DNA from: Cirrosporium novae-zelandiae
Lineage: Eukaryota
DNA length: 62,016 nt
Assembly (NCBI GenBank): GCA_026023565.1
Contig: JAPETS010000048.1
Coordinates: 124,001-186,016, forward strand
Direction of reading: 5' to 3'
Part shown: in pieces, positions 1 to 14,500 of the stretch
How positions within the stretch are numbered: position 1 is the first letter of the stretch
Layout: every line of letters starts with the position of its first letter
Translations under genes and position numbers: made by a program
The notes under the pieces: generated by a model
What the model was told of the DNA's origin: nothing
What the model saw: the letters and a program-made list of their open reading frames with translations, nothing else
Database searches by the model: none

Positions 1-2823
1 TTGGTACTAGAGATACGCCCCCTTCTTCCTTGTCATCTTCGACAAACACCTCCTTTGCAGCTGCAGCGACACCGTTTTGGGGGTCGATAGGTTCAATTTC
101 AGGTTCTGGTTTCAAAACCTCGGTTTTACCGTTAGGTGTAACTGCCTCATGCTCTTCATTCTTAGCTGCTGTGCCGCGGTTGTGGTTGTGGCTCAGAGTT
201 TCGTTAACAAGAGGGGTCTCGTCATTGAAGAGACGAAGTAGCATGGCTTTGCGCTCCTCCTTCGGAAGCATGAGATTGAAAGAATAGAGACTACGCCAGA
301 GAGGAAGGACCATGCGTTCCCTAGAGAAAAGGTGTTAGTATTCTTAATACATTCAAGTCGCTTGTAAGAGGGATATACTTGAATCCTTTCTCATCATCGC
401 TTTGCTCAACCCTTAGTACACAGCATCCCATCTCGATATCTCTTGCTCTTTCTCCAATTTCTCCCAACTCCATCCAGCCATTACCATTGATTTTTGGAAA
501 CATCTCCACTAGCAGCTTCTTGAGCGTTGGCCGTTTATACAGTCGCACAACTCTACCCTCTCCAATCCATGCCTCCAGTATGGGAAGACCGTCTGTTTGA
601 ATTCTCCAAGGACATACACCTTCTTTCTGGACCTCTTGTTTGACAAACATCTTGACACCACAATGCACAAATTTCATGCCTGAACCTTCGTTTTTGACAA
701 GAATGTCCCGTGCCAATGTTGAGGTATAATAGATAGTTTTTGCAGGTTTGCCATCAGAGTTTCGGACCATGAAACGGTCACGAGGGAAACGGGGGGAAAC
801 TTTATAGAAATCATAGATGAGTTGAAGTTGCTCGTGGTTTGGATCTAAGTATTTGAATGGTTCTTCAAACTGTTGTCCACCGTTTTTCTTCTTTTGTGGT
901 AAAGATGGAAGATTGGCATCGGACGTATCAGGCTTTAATTCTAACTGAGTAGGCTGTGGAGGCGAATGAATTAGTTGTTTTGCTGCTGGTGTTTTGTCAG
1001 GGTCTTCCGCTAATTTTAGTCGTTTGGTAGCAGTTTCGGCATCAACTTCCTCTTCTTCAAGCTTACGTTTTGCAGATGCAGTATCATCATTTGGTTGATT
1101 TTCTCTGTCGTCTGTGGCAGTCGTTGGAAGAGGCCTAGTCTCTTCGTTGTGCAATTCGAGGATCTTGGCGTTATCTAGAGATTCAATCTTCTTGACTGAG
1201 TCGACAACTGAGTCAGTTGATCTAACCTCAATTTCTTCTACAGCACTAGCAATTGGTGGCTTGGGTTGTACTTTCTTCGACGTTTGTTCAGGCTTTGCCT
1301 TGATCTCAGATTTTTTTTCCAAGACACAGATAAAGAAGCCACCGGTATCTTGCAAGTGAGGATACACTCGCATAGCGCGCTCCAGATGAATGGTTTCAGC
1401 ATCTCCAGGAGGGAACATTCCTTCAGCAAGTCTACCAAGACCGTCGATACCTTCTTTTTCCTTATGCTCTTCAACATCTTTCCACGAATCCCATATTCTC
1501 CCTTGCTTGTCCATAACCTTCCAGCTTGTAAGGCCTGGTCGTCGTTTCAGTCCAGGAAGAGCTTCACTGCAATCGATGACGGAAACATTGTCGAGTCCTC
1601 CACATCGATATATTGCGCTAGCAACAACGGCTTCGTTCTCAATTGGGTTCATACTACAGGTGGAGTAAACCACCCTTCCACCGACCTTGAGCATTTGCAA
1701 TGCCCGTACAAGGATTCTTTGCTGGGTAATATAGAGGCCAAGACCATTTCCAGGATTCCAATCCTTCCAGACATTTGAATTTTTCCTCGCAGTTCCATCC
1801 CCGGAGCACGGCACATCCGCTAATATCCTATCAAACTTGAGATAGTGCTTCCTTTTGTCACCGGTGGGTTCTGGTATTCTAATGGAGGGATAAAGGGTGG
1901 CATCATGATTAGTAACAATCACATTAGGTGAATTAAGACGTTTCATCTGATGAATGAGTAGGTGCGCCCGTTTATAATCGGCATCGTTGGCAATTAATAA
2001 ACCAGACGTCCTGCCGTCGTCTTCGTATTCCTTTAGATCGACTTCGTCGTTCATTTCTGCTTCGACTTGAGCTCCATCTGGGCTCATCTCTCTTCCCTCC
2101 TCTTTTGCAATCCGGTGAAGGACCCTCCTAATCCTGGTCTCTTCTCCTGCATGAAGCATCTCAATTAATTGCGCAGCTTTACTTCCAGGGGCAGCACACA
2201 TATCCAACACAGTCATACTAGGTCTGACATCCAAAAGCAATGGAGGAATCATGCTGACCACTTCCTGTCTGCTGATATTTCCAACGGTTGTCTCAGAAAC
2301 TAAGAACTTCTGGAAAGAGGCGAAAGGTGGGAAGCGACGGACGATATTCTTCGGGGTTTTCATTTCCCAAGCAAGTTGGTTTGGAAACCATTCGACCGGC
2401 TTCGGGGGTTCGACTGACTCTCCTTCATATTTAATCGATGTTATCTCGGGTATGTAGCGCTCGATGAGCTGTTTTTGAACAGAGAGTGCATGTCTAAATG
2501 TCTCGTTAATAATTGTGGTGCAAGAAAATCTTCAATTGAAAAGTCATACCCTTTGGAACCTGTAAATCGAAAGCTATTTGGGAGATCTCGTCGGAGAGAG
2601 GTCCAAAATTCTTCTCGTTCATCTTCACCTAGGATCTCTAAAGTATTGTAGTATCCCTCGAAGAGCTCATTTGTTTTCACAATGTCACTGTAATCAGTGC
2701 GAGTGCCTCTTCGCCCACCTTGGCCATTGCGATTCTTCCCTCGAAACTGGAAAGGTTTAGCAAGGGTAGCTTAAACAATATTAGAGCAAGGTCGCTTACA
2801 TTTTTATTCCCACGTTTTCCCAT
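1..2823 (-). CDS. NCL1: tRNA (cytosine-5)-methyltransferase, NSUN2/NCL1 family; multi-exon, 3' end runs off the window
   Basis: ATG at 2823 (MGKRGNK), short GT-AG introns, main exon with RQEVVSMIPP, VLDMCAAPGSK, FDRILADVPCSGDG and VYSTCSMNPIENE. After the intron near 320-380 the frame (ERMVLPLWRS...LMLPKEERKAMLLRLF) stays open to position 1. Confidence 0.95.
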
Positions 2824-3097
2824 TGTTGTATTAGATATTGAGAGAATGAAGTTGGAAAGATCTGCGCAGGATAATGGTCATAAATCTGCGAAAGTAACGG
2901 AGGCTGGTGCTTAGACGCCGATGACCTTCCCCCGCCAACCTACAAGCGAAAGGTAATTAAACTTTGCAGCTTCGATAGATTTATTTTATTTATTACTATT
3001 AGACTCCTAGCCTTAGACCATTCAAAATCGAAATGGAACAATTACACTCCAGCAAACTTGGATTTTTCTTGCTAAGAATTCTACTGCGGTGTCACCT

Positions 3098-4100
3098 ATG
3101 ACCCTAGCTAAGGCCTTAATTGAGGCTCGCACTGAGGTTTCTCCTGAGTATTCTACTGACCTCCGGACTGAGGGCTTGACTGAGGATCTGACGGAGGCTC
3201 ATACTGAGCATTCTACTCAGCACGATAAATAGGCTAGGTCTTCCTAGTTCCAAGGCTGCGAGCAGTAACGAGGTATTGTAAATCGTTGTCTTCTCGAGAA
3301 CCTATGCTTTCTTGTTTTCCTACACCCTCCCTCAACCACAAGCTGTATAATCCAACGATAACTTAAGTCTCGGGTAAGGACGACATTGTCATACGCAAGG
3401 CTGAGCCTCTGACAAGCTAGGTCCCTGTGACTCTGATTGGTAAGGGATCTCTAGGAATGCAATGGATCGAGGCCATCTCTCAATTTATTCAATATTTTGA
3501 CCATTAGTGTGCTAGGATCTGTCATTTTTGTGGCTGGCTTGCCTTCTACTTACCCCTCTTAACAAATTCCTAGATTGGACTTTACTGATAACATATTCTA
3601 GATTACTATTGCTAAATTCTCCAGTGTCTTTGGTCGCATGGAGCTTCTCTCTGTGTCAATGTTCTGTTACGTTCTTAGTACAAGGAATCTTTGTCTTCCA
3701 GCCTGCAGTAACGGGCGAGAGATGGGAACAACCTTGGAGGCTAGGTCATCCAGGATCATCAGCTTCTGTGCTACTTCTATTATCTACTGTGTTTTGGATT
3801 CGTAAGTTTTTTGTAGAACTCTTCTGGCAACTTGAAATTGTCGGAGTGGTTCTCGTATCCGCTGTTCTAGCTTTACTTCCCGTTCCCTTGACTATTGCTG
3901 GAGGGATGGAGAAGAAGTGGAGACAAGCATATGTATTTGCGCCTCTTATTACTGGGGTTAATACATCCCCGCTTTCATCATCTGGGAATCGTGATAGTTA
4001 TTCATATGGTTAAGCACAGCGAACAGCTCAGCCTATCAGAGCTAGACAATGAAACCGCCGGAGCCAAATCGGAAGAAAGGGTGGCATCTGGTAAGCCGAC
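3098..4100 (+). pseudogene. Possible eroded or unresolved multi-exon membrane protein gene
   Basis: A short ORF with TExx repeats at 3098-3232, a hydrophobic ORF at 3528-4013 and scattered splice-like sites. I could not assemble a clean model. Confidence 0.25.
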
Positions 4101-4890
4101 CTATCTGCACGGACCATTATTTCTTATATTTTACAGTATTTCATTCAGTGGAATTATTGTTTTGGAAAACGAATTCTGCAAATGCTACCTATTCGAGTAG
4201 GTAGATAGGTGATACCACCCGTATGATGAGCTTGAATTCATACGTAGTACTGTGTATGTCTTGGCAACTTGATGGCTTCGCTTAGCCATGTTAGCGTTTT
4301 CATCTGGCAGAGTACATGTAAGCATTAGCCCTGTCTAGTCGATCCCCATTTTCGCTCGGTAGGGTGGTTAGCCTACTTTCTCCATACTGCATTGAGGGCA
4401 TTCCATTTTGATTCAATTTGGATATTATCAATATTTCTTATTCGCTAGGATGCCAAAGTGGAAGCTGAGTGCGAATTAGGGTGAAGCGACTTCACCAGCG
4501 ACTAGCCATTGGTGCTCAATAAAACCACTAGGTATAAAAACAATGGCCTGTTCATGTACTGCCTATGGTTGGTTGTTATTCATGAATGGATACTAACATG
4601 ATAAATGGTGCCTCAAACTCCATCAAGGAATTCAGCTAGGTCACTCAAAGGCAGCGTGTACCGTGGAGGTTGTTCTTATATCATACGAGCTTTCTAGCCT
4701 CAGCCATCGCAAATCTCAACTGTCATCCATTATCTCTAGAGGAGAGAATAATAAACCTCGTCACGATTCAATCATAAAATTCAAGTTTATTTCTAGTGGC
4801 AAACGAGTGTTGTTTGATTGACTACTCTCTCAAACCTCCTAGACACTTCGCTAGTGCCACAGCCGCGGCCGATAGCATCGCTGGATAGAT

Positions 4891-7800
4891 ATGTCAGAAA
4901 GTGACAGCTTAGCAAGTGATGAAAGGTTGTTCATCCTCTATTGTGGGCATAAGACAATCTCTCTGCAATTGAATTCTAACAAGACTATTTTGCTCATTTA
5001 GGGACTTCAAGTGGCTCGACGATTCTATTGAAGACAGTAAGCAGGCTCTATTTACTCATAACACATTCAGTGTAAAGTTCCCCTTAACGATTATTTCATA
5101 GACGGCTACCTTTCTCTTTAACAAGATCAATTGGGTCCGATCTTTCTACTCACCTCTATAGGCGACTGCTTCGTGTCGCTTGATTTTCGGAGGGCAGGTC
5201 GCACAATAGATTTCGGAAGTAATGGATTTACTGGATCCGTATCGGATTGGCACAATCTCCTTCAGATCACTGCCCCAGACCCACAATGTGGCATAGTATT
5301 TGTTCGTGGGAATTATCCCGACAACCCGAGTTCAGTACTAGCTCGTGCACAGGACGAAAGTGGACGGGGAAGTTGGGGATTCAAGATTTCCGATGACTCG
5401 GACATATTGGTGGACGGGTTTCGCGGTCAAGGTTTGATCAATTATCGATGGCCATACATGGCCTTCGATCTCAAGGAAAAACCAGCCAAGTCACCTGATC
5501 AAACTGATGGAGGTAACCAGCCAGCATCAACGGGAATGACAGGAAGTATAGGCCGACTTCATACATGCTCTTTCGTGAAAGATGGAACGGTCTTTCAAGT
5601 AATCCGCTTACAACTTGATGAACAGGAGGCCGAAGGTCCCCCAGAAAAATCTAAGAGCCAAAAGCAATTGATATTCACTATCGGAGGTGTCATAAGGTTT
5701 GGCTGTATTTGCAAAAACGGGTCGTACGCTGGAAGGAGTTCTAAGGAAGAAGCACTTTCCAGCAATGGTGATCAACCTGAGCAAATAAAGGAGCATATAT
5801 ATACTCCGAAAACGAATAAGGATGGATACATTAATTCTGTTTCCTTTGACGAAGATGTCCAACTTGATGTACAGCTGTTCATAAACGAAGAAAAGGCTAA
5901 GTTTGATAGCAAGGTTGATCTGCCTGCCCCACCTGAATGCATCGACATTTCTACAACACATTGCAAGCCATTCTCATGGGGGGAACAATTGGTTGTCGTT
6001 GCAACTTTTTCGTTAAGTGCTGTCGGAATCGACACCTGCAGGCTCTTGGACACTGTTCCATCTTCCGAAGATATTATGAAGTATCTAGGTGTGGCAAACG
6101 ACTCTGATGAATTTACAGGAAAACTTTGGATAGATGCATGTAATGGTGATCTCGAAATCGGTTCAAGCCACTCAGCGAGTGAAAATCGGGAAACGCACGC
6201 GCTAGCAAGGTGTGTCGAGCGCATTATGTGCGTTTCCTCACTACCAAGGCTGGATAAGAAACCTCAACCCTCCCCGCAGAATGTGGAACTCCCACCATCT
6301 AACGAAAGCAGTAAGCGATCATCTACTATAATGCAATCTTCATCGGATTTTAAGCCCTTAAACCCATCAATTCATCATGCTACCAGTTTAAAGCTACTTT
6401 TGGAAGCCTCTAATCAGTTCTTTAAAGAAGAACACCACTTGAAAAAATGTGTACTTGGGACCGAAGTGGGTGAAAACCTGGAATTCAAGGGAATATCATT
6501 TATCACGAATATTGTTGGCTTAAACGGGATCGACTTACAGAGTATGTTGTAAGTGGATCGATCTTCTTTGGAAACTGTTTAGCAGAATCTTACAGGAATA
6601 GTTGGCAGATGCGCTTGCTGGTGAAAGCATGCGTTTTCCTAACCGAACATTACCACCCGACAGACAATAAAAATAGGCTTTCATCTTATCTCAGAAAGCT
6701 TAAATTTCATATCAAACAAGGGTTGATTTGGATGCTTCATTTGGAGGAAACGAATGAACTTTTATTGCCGACAGGAAGAACTAGCTCAGACTGTGGTCCA
6801 TTCCATTGCCCTGGAGCCCCGCGTGATGGTATAAGAAGTAGACCTGCTTTTCGAACCATATGTATATGGTATGTCATGATATACTGCAACGACGTCTTCA
6901 TTGACCGAGAGTTTTCAAAACTGTTACGGGGAAACTTCGAAAAAGTCATACGACAGTTTAGTGTTACAAGACAAAATAGGCCTGAGACAGTTCGGAGCGA
7001 AACGCCTCAAGCCAGACTGGAGGAAAGTCTACTAAAATGGTATCACTTCAGCTGCCTCCACCTAATTTGCGAGAAAAATCCCGAACTGGAGACTGATAAT
7101 GCTGCCTTGAGTGATATTAAGAACAGTGAGTCCGAGTGGGCACTACAAGTCGGGATTGCTATGAAAGCTCTGCGAAGACAACAGCCAGCCCACAGACTGC
7201 AAGTTGATCCCGCTCAATTGTATCTCGCCTTGGACGAAAGGGTTGATCGGCTGGCCCATCTATCTCAGGAATTAAAGCTGGCAAAGCGAGACGAGAGAGT
7301 GGCTGATACCCTTGTGAAGCAGATTCGTCGCAGAATTCTATCGAGAAAGCGGACAACTAACTTCAATCATGGGCCGCAAGAAGAGTCCGAGAAACTTGAA
7401 ATGATATCACCGCCATGGGAACTTAGTATTTTGAATCACCATAGTCGATTGAGTGAAATTTGGAACACTTCCGAAGATGTCGACGATCTGAATAACGTTA
7501 AAAATGATTGCTTCGAATTTCTTCTTTCGGACTACAGCTTCACCCCATCTTGGGATAGGAGTAATCCGACCATGGTTAGCGACTTGTGGGATATTTATTC
7601 ATCCAGTGTGATATGTGCCACACTGTTAGATTCAATATCAAAAGGTGGGTAAATTCCAGCATAGTAATTTTTAGAAAAACCGGAGTTAGCTAATATATAG
7701 ATCCTATTTAGAATTAAAACGACCAAGAGCTATAGCAGAAAACGATTCGCCCAAAATAGAAAGTGACCAACCCGAAGCAGAGAATGAGCTAAAGACTGAA

Positions 7801-10184
7801 CCTCCACGCAAACCAGAGCAACCAACTCGTGAACTAAGATCAGAAGATGACAAAATACTACTGTCTATGAATGATATTCAGCGACTTCTCAATCTAGGTA
7901 GTCAGAGTCACACCGTCGTGACCGAGCTTAAATGGATGGCGTTTCAACCTATAGGATATGCAGAAACCTTTTTTCCGGACTGGATGCTTCAATCCTTGGA
8001 TGATTCACCGGAAATGTTCAGGCAGAAACAACTGGAGAAAGTAAGACTGAGAAGTGAGATGAAGAGATATTTCGAAAAGCATGAAACTCAAAGCCCATCG
8101 TCATCGGCAGAGTCTGATTGGTCCATTCAAAATATGCATGACAGATTTAATACAATAGAGACCTCAGTTGTTAGTGTCTTTGACTTTTCGCTTGTTCGGC
8201 GGGACGATTCTAATTCCCTGATCCATATCTCGGCTACGATCACTCGTCCCCCTACTTCAACAGTTGCCCCAGCACGCCTAACAAGCATAGAGTCCCCTAA
8301 GCAAAGCGAAGAGCCTCCTGACCAATACAAGAAGGAGCTACTTACTCATCTATCCGATAGTGTAAGATAACCGGTTTGTGTTCTACTTACAAGAAGCTGA
8401 TGATCCGCATAAATAGTTGGTTGACCAAAATGTCAAATACCGGATCTTGTATGTGAACACGCTGGGGTGGAAATATATACGCTAACGCTAATGCAATCAG
8501 ATTTGCTCAAAAATGCTCACCTTCTTTAATCAAGGCATTCATTCATATCTGGCATCCTCGAGCAGTGGATGTCTTCAATGATTATATCGGTTCCAGAATG
8601 AGGTTTGATGACTCGAAAGAGACGAGGTCGGAAACATGGACGACTTCAATCACGATTTCACATTGGAAGCTCAAGTCCGAGAAAACGAAACTTAAGGCTG
8701 AGCAAGCTTCCAACGACGAACGAAGGTTATTTGATGAATTTAGGGAGAATGGACAGTTCCCACCCAAAGGGCTGTCGGAGTCTGCAGCCCCCAATAATGA
8801 AGTGACGCCGCAGTCAACGGGCGATAGCCTTGAAGAACGTTCATCCTCTGTTGTCATAACGGGGGACCACCTTGGGGTCTTTTGGGTTTGTTCCGTTCTC
8901 TCGTCATCGGTCAATAAATCCGAGGATCACTCGATACAATCGTACGCTAGTCAAGTTGAGGAGACATTACAGCTCTTTGTACATCTACAGGCGGCAGGAA
9001 GGCGGCTATGTTTTGTCGTTCTTGTCGGGCACCTGTGCGCTGATTTAGCTATAGAGTATAGCAATATTGTGAGTCACTTGGAGAATGTGTTGGGTGTCTC
9101 TGTAAGTAGTTGTAACTGCTATCTACCCAGCTGTATCTACCTCCATCTAACCAGGGCATAGAAAAGAGTTCTCTTTGACGGCGTTACTTTGGAGAAGTCT
9201 CACAAGGCACTGGAAAGGCTACGGCGGATGTTGTGGGGTCTTGAGAGCTTACGCATCTTTGAAAACACATTATCTTCATCAGTGGCAGTCATAAAGAACG
9301 TCAAAGAGGATTCCGTACATGCCATCAAATATGTTTGTGACCCAAAGCTTTCCAGTACCAATTTCATCCTTATATGTTTCCAGGAACGAGAGCAGTGGGA
9401 TCGAAAACTTTTAGAGCATTCCGAAAAGGTCTTTGAAGAATTCGACAAACGGTTTCAGGATTTATCCAAGGTTTTAATAAATATAAACCAGAAGATTGAG
9501 CAGATATCTCGGCTGCGCGATGGTGTAAGTATACCCGGGATTGTACAACCTTTCCAGCAACAGCTAACCAGCACGGCGACGACCAGACCTCCTCATTTAC
9601 CAACGTGGAACAAAGCCTCGAAAGCTTGGAGCAGAACGCAAACATAAGGATTCTCACCTATATCACTATTGCCTATTTACCTCTTGGCTTTGTAGCAGTG
9701 AGCAATTCTACTCCCGACAGCAATTGTAAGCTAAGACCATCTCTAGGGTTTATTCTCCGTCAGCGATGGCATCCTTCCACAGAGTGCGGGCCGAGGACTT
9801 TTTATCGGGCTGATAGCTGGCCTAATGGTCGCCACATTCGTACTAGCCAAGGTCATTCCGACAATCTCGAACCTCTTTCAGAGCTCCAGCGATCCGTGGT
9901 GGAGACTAAAAGAGAAGGCCCAAAACAAAAAAGGCTCGCCCAGGGAAACTCCTAACCGCTCTACTCCCAAAGAAAGCCCTAAAAAGGAACCTCTCGAAGA
10001 TTCAAGAAAAAGCACAACCGAGACAGCAAACGGGATAGCCGAACCGAACCGCAATGACAGCCCCAACGAAGCTTCCGGGAAAAGCTATTCGGACTTATTC
10101 AAGGAGACATTCAAGGTCTTGTATCTACGCGATACCCTTAGACGGAGAAATTGGTCTTCCAAAGAGCAGGATCCACCTGTATAA
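4891..10184 (+). CDS. Large (~1,500 aa) multi-exon protein with a C-terminal CorA/ZntB-like coiled coil and two TM helices
   Basis: ORFs 5131, 6609, 7867, 8565, 9189, 9605 and 9825 join through about 10 short GT-AG introns (e.g. 6549-6601, 8362-8416, 9102-9161, 9698-9746). The C-terminus reads SLEQNANIRILTYITIAYLPLGFVAGLFSV followed by a second hydrophobic helix. Confidence 0.75.
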
Positions 10185-10259
10185 GAAGCGATATGAATGG
10201 ATGTACACTTCCCAGAACTCAGTAGCCATAACCCGAGATGAGATATCTATCTAGCATGC

Positions 10260-11500
10260 ATACATCTGCAACCATAATAGCCAACCAACCAATTACAGAA
10301 ACTGCATCAGAAAAGCCCCAGAAAGCTCCAACTAAAACCATTTGTGACTACTAGTACAGCCACTACACTACACCAGGACCTCCACGGAACACCATAGTAC
10401 TTGTATCTAACCCGCTTGCTATAATTACAACAAACAACCATTCTACCATTAGGCCCTTCTTCAGCATAGTACCAGCTAATCAATCAATCCATAAAACGTC
10501 TTAGACCCTAGATCTAATATAATCTTATCTTATCTTATTCTATACTTGTACCTGAACCTGAGGTCCTCCAGCTCACTACCAAAAAACCAACCAAAATCCC
10601 AACCCCACGATATCAAATCCAAAAAATCCAAAAATCCAATGCATCTCCGAGACCTAACCAACTAACCAACTAATCCCTTCCACCTTCCTCCCCGCCGGTC
10701 TTCCCAACTTTCCGTTTTCCATTTCCAGATACAGTAGCAACAATACCAGTCCAGTCCCATCAATCCTATCAATTCCACAATTCCAGTACCGAATCAAATA
10801 TCGAATTGAGTCTTCATGACTTATAATTCATAGGTTATAACGTACCAAAAACCAGAACCGAAACTAACAGCGAAAACTAAAGCCACGACTACACCAACGG
10901 CTAAAGCTACAGGAACAGGAAAAACAGCAAATGCAGAAAAAATAATACCAACAAGACCACGCTTATCAAACTATCAAACCATTCATTCGCCCACTTATCT
11001 ATCCCCCCCACCTCATCTCATCTCATCTCATCCCACCACCAATCCACATCACATAAATTTTCAGATAAATTCCATATTCAATATTTATACCTCTGTACCG
11101 AGTTATCAGGAGCTTCTCTATCCAGAACCTAAAAATGAACCGAAATAATGAAACGAGGTTAGCGTACCCAAAAGCAGGAAAGGTCCTAGTGGGGTTTTGT
11201 CATTTTTTTTATGCATAATGAGAACTAAGAAGAAGAAACAAGAAGAGGCAAGAGGAAGAAGCAAGAAGAAGTAAGGCACTGAAAAAACTAACAATTGAAA
11301 CATTAATACTACTATAGTCCTGTCCGCTTGACCTCACCATATCTATCTTAATATCCCCCCCCTATTAATTATCCTTGACCGTTCCATCTAGTCTAACATA
11401 GTTTCTCAGTCATTAAAAAAAAACCCCAAAAAATTATCTCTCTCCCTTGAACATATTCACTGCTCCCCCCCCCCCTATCCCCCCCAGCCCCCTACTCATC
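10260..11500. repeat. Microsatellite / low-complexity intergenic spacer
   Basis: (ATCTT)n, (CTAAC)n, (CATCT)n and poly-C/poly-A runs between convergent genes. Confidence 0.8.
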
Positions 11501-11508
11501 TCACCATC

Positions 11509-14500
11509 TCACTTTTTCCTCCTAAACAAACCCTTGATCCCATCAACCACCTTCCCAAACAACCCAAACAGGGTTCCAAATCCAAAGCTCCATCCGCGGA
11601 TCCTCACGGTATAGATAAAGAAATAAACCAAGAACCAATTACTGATGCAGAAGCCCAGGAAGATTCCGAAATAGCCCCATTTATCTTTGGGCTCGAGGTT
11701 TAGGGAGGTGAGATATTGGGTTCCGGAGGAATAAGGGCAGTATGCACAGTCGGTTGTGTTGTCGGGGTTGAGGAGGTACCCACCTGCGGAAGTGGCGAAG
11801 GCGCCGGCGTAGTCGAAGCAGGATTGACCTTCGGGCGGGGTGAAGTGGGCGGCTTCGGCGTCGGTGCATGTGATTTGGATGTCCTTGAGGGTTGCGGAGA
11901 GGACGCCGCCGATCCAGTAGGTGGATGGGTTGAGGTAGTAGAGCCAGTAGCGCCAGAAGACGCTGAGCTGGCGGTACGGTTTCACCACGCCGTTGAAGAG
12001 GGAGAAGATGACGAAGAAGAAGGGGAGGATGTTTGAGATTACGGTGAAGGAGGGTGCGAAGGAGCAGATCCATTGGCCCCAGCTGTTCATGAAGAACATG
12101 AAGAGGAGGGTCATCAGGTATACGTACCCGGCGGTGGAGGCGTCGGTTGGGAGGCCCGCTGGGAAGTACCACAGGAGAAAGTAGATGACTGACATAATGA
12201 TCGCGGAGGGAATCTCGCAAATTATTTGGGCGGTGCAGAAAGCGGGCCAGGAATAAATACGCGAGGGAAGTTCACGAGCTTGCCAGAGAGCCATGTTTTG
12301 GAAGAATTTGGGGAGTACGCTGTTGACGATCGTCGGGGGGATGACGATGATAAGGAAGGCCGTGAAGAGACGGTCTTGCAGATCGGAAACATGATGTCCC
12401 AGTTGCCAGAATGTGAAACCGTTGAAGATACCGATGATGACAGCGATAAAGAGTTTACCGTAGATGTAGGAAGGACTGCGCCAGTATTGGCGGAAGAGCC
12501 GTTGCGTGAGCATCGTGGTTTGGAGGGAAAGTGGTGAGGCGAATTCATATACTTGACTTTCAGGAAGAGGAACGTTGATGCGTTCAGCTTTAATGCGTTC
12601 TATCTCAGCCAACATTTCTTTGTTTTCATCTGAATTTGACCATTCTTCGTTCCAGTTGATACGGCCTTTCTTCGACCCCCTGTTCCCCTTTGCTGCTGTC
12701 TCGAGAATGAATTCAGCAACGTTCTTATCCGGTGGACAATGTGCACCGCGTTTCGCAAAGTAGGAGATTACGGCGGATCCGTTGTTGCCAACTGGGCCGA
12801 AATAAAAGGTATTGCCACCAGGATTGAGTGCCAAGATCATATCAAATTGTTGTATGAGAACGGTGGAAGGTTGGTGAATTGTGCAGATGATAGCCTGGCC
12901 TGCAGACGCGAGTTTCCGAAGGAAACGGATGATGGAAAAGGCAGATTGGCTGTCAAGACCGGAGGTAGGCTCGTCAAGCTATAGTATATAAGTATTTGAG
13001 AAATAGAGATGGTTAAAAGGATACTTACGAAAAGAAGAAGGTTAGGTTTAGCAGCTAGTTCAACACCAATAGTCAAACGTTTACGCTGCTCAACACCTAG
13101 ACTACCAACAATGGCGTCTTGCATGTCACCAAGCTCCAGTAAATCAATGATGTTGTCAACGTAGGCAATCTTCTCTTCTCGAGGAGTATCACGGCTCTGG
13201 CGAAGAATTGCTGAGAATTCAAGAGCTTCTCGAATCGTCGCAGTACCGTCGTGAAGGTCCATCTGTTCACAAAACCCTGTACCTCGTTGAAATTCTGGGC
13301 CAGGTGGCCGACCATCGACAAGCATCTCACCTGAAACAACTCCTACTCTCTGTCGCTGGGACAGTGTATTCAAAAGAGTTGTTTTGCCGGCGCCAGATGC
13401 TCCCATCAAAGCTACCATAACGCCTGGTTTGGCAAATCCATTCACCTTGTTTAACAGCTTCCGCTGCCCGCCCTGATAAGGAACACTATACTCAACATCG
13501 GACCAGGTAAATATGCTTTCGCTGCAAGAAATGTCTTGCAGAGCCTCTTCTTGGGTCCTCTGGCGAGAAACTGCGGTTGACAGATTATCTCCCGCAGTAC
13601 CGCCTTTTTCTTCGTCGGCTGGTGCAGGAGTCTTGACTATATCCTGAGTTCTTTTAGATTTCTTGAATACCAGTGCACCACCGCCTCCTCCAACGAAAGA
13701 GAATGATTCCGAGGCAACAGCAGTAATGAGGATGTAAAGCACAGCAAACGCAATAACAACACCCCAGTTCCGCCAGAGATGGCTCCGGGTATACTCGTAC
13801 GTAGCAGACAGATATCTCTCACCGGTCATCGTTGTGCTACCAATTTGAGCGCCTGTAATGGCGCACCCTTGGTGCTCAGGAGTAACTCCTGGTCCCTGGG
13901 GTACAAGTTGATCTGGGGCACATGACAACACTTTATGGTGAAACTGATTAGTCAAGACACCTTCAAAGGAATATGATATCGGATTGATATAGTAAAGCCA
14001 CCCGAACCAAATTTTGTTATGAAGAAGTTGAGGTTTTGGAATGACGTAGCCAGTATAAATAATGAGCAAATTGAGTGCGAGGCCTGAGAACCTAACAGCA
14101 TCGTCAATGGTAGGTGACAAGGAGGCGAACATCCGGTAGAGTGAAGTCATACAGATTGTCGTGGTATAGACGAACAAAAAGTAAATAAAAAACTTCGAGG
14201 CATCAGCGGCAAAGCCACTCAGGAAGTACATAACAATAGAGAATACTGTGACCTGTGGCAGGAGGATTGGAAAATCTGCTAGCACTCGAGCAATCACCAC
14301 AGCCGAGGGTCGATAAAAGGCGTACTCTTTGTGACGAGCGATGATGACTCGCCCGGAAACAGCCTTCATAAGCTCGGTCAGCTGAAGCCATCCCAAGAAA
14401 AGGATGGAGAAGAATGCAGTTCCTCCTCGAGCAAAAACGCCATCTGTGTTATCTGGAGTTCCATAGAAAAGAGACCCGACAATCAGGCCGTTGGCAACAA

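Noticed and set aside
3119..3220. CRISPR-like repeat-spacer array
   Set aside because: The 12-bp period is far too short, the context is eukaryotic, and there are no cas genes.
11681..12548. Several overlapping alternate-frame and antisense ORFs in the ABC transporter 3' region
   Set aside because: Explained by high GC at third positions suppressing stop codons; no independent protein motifs.
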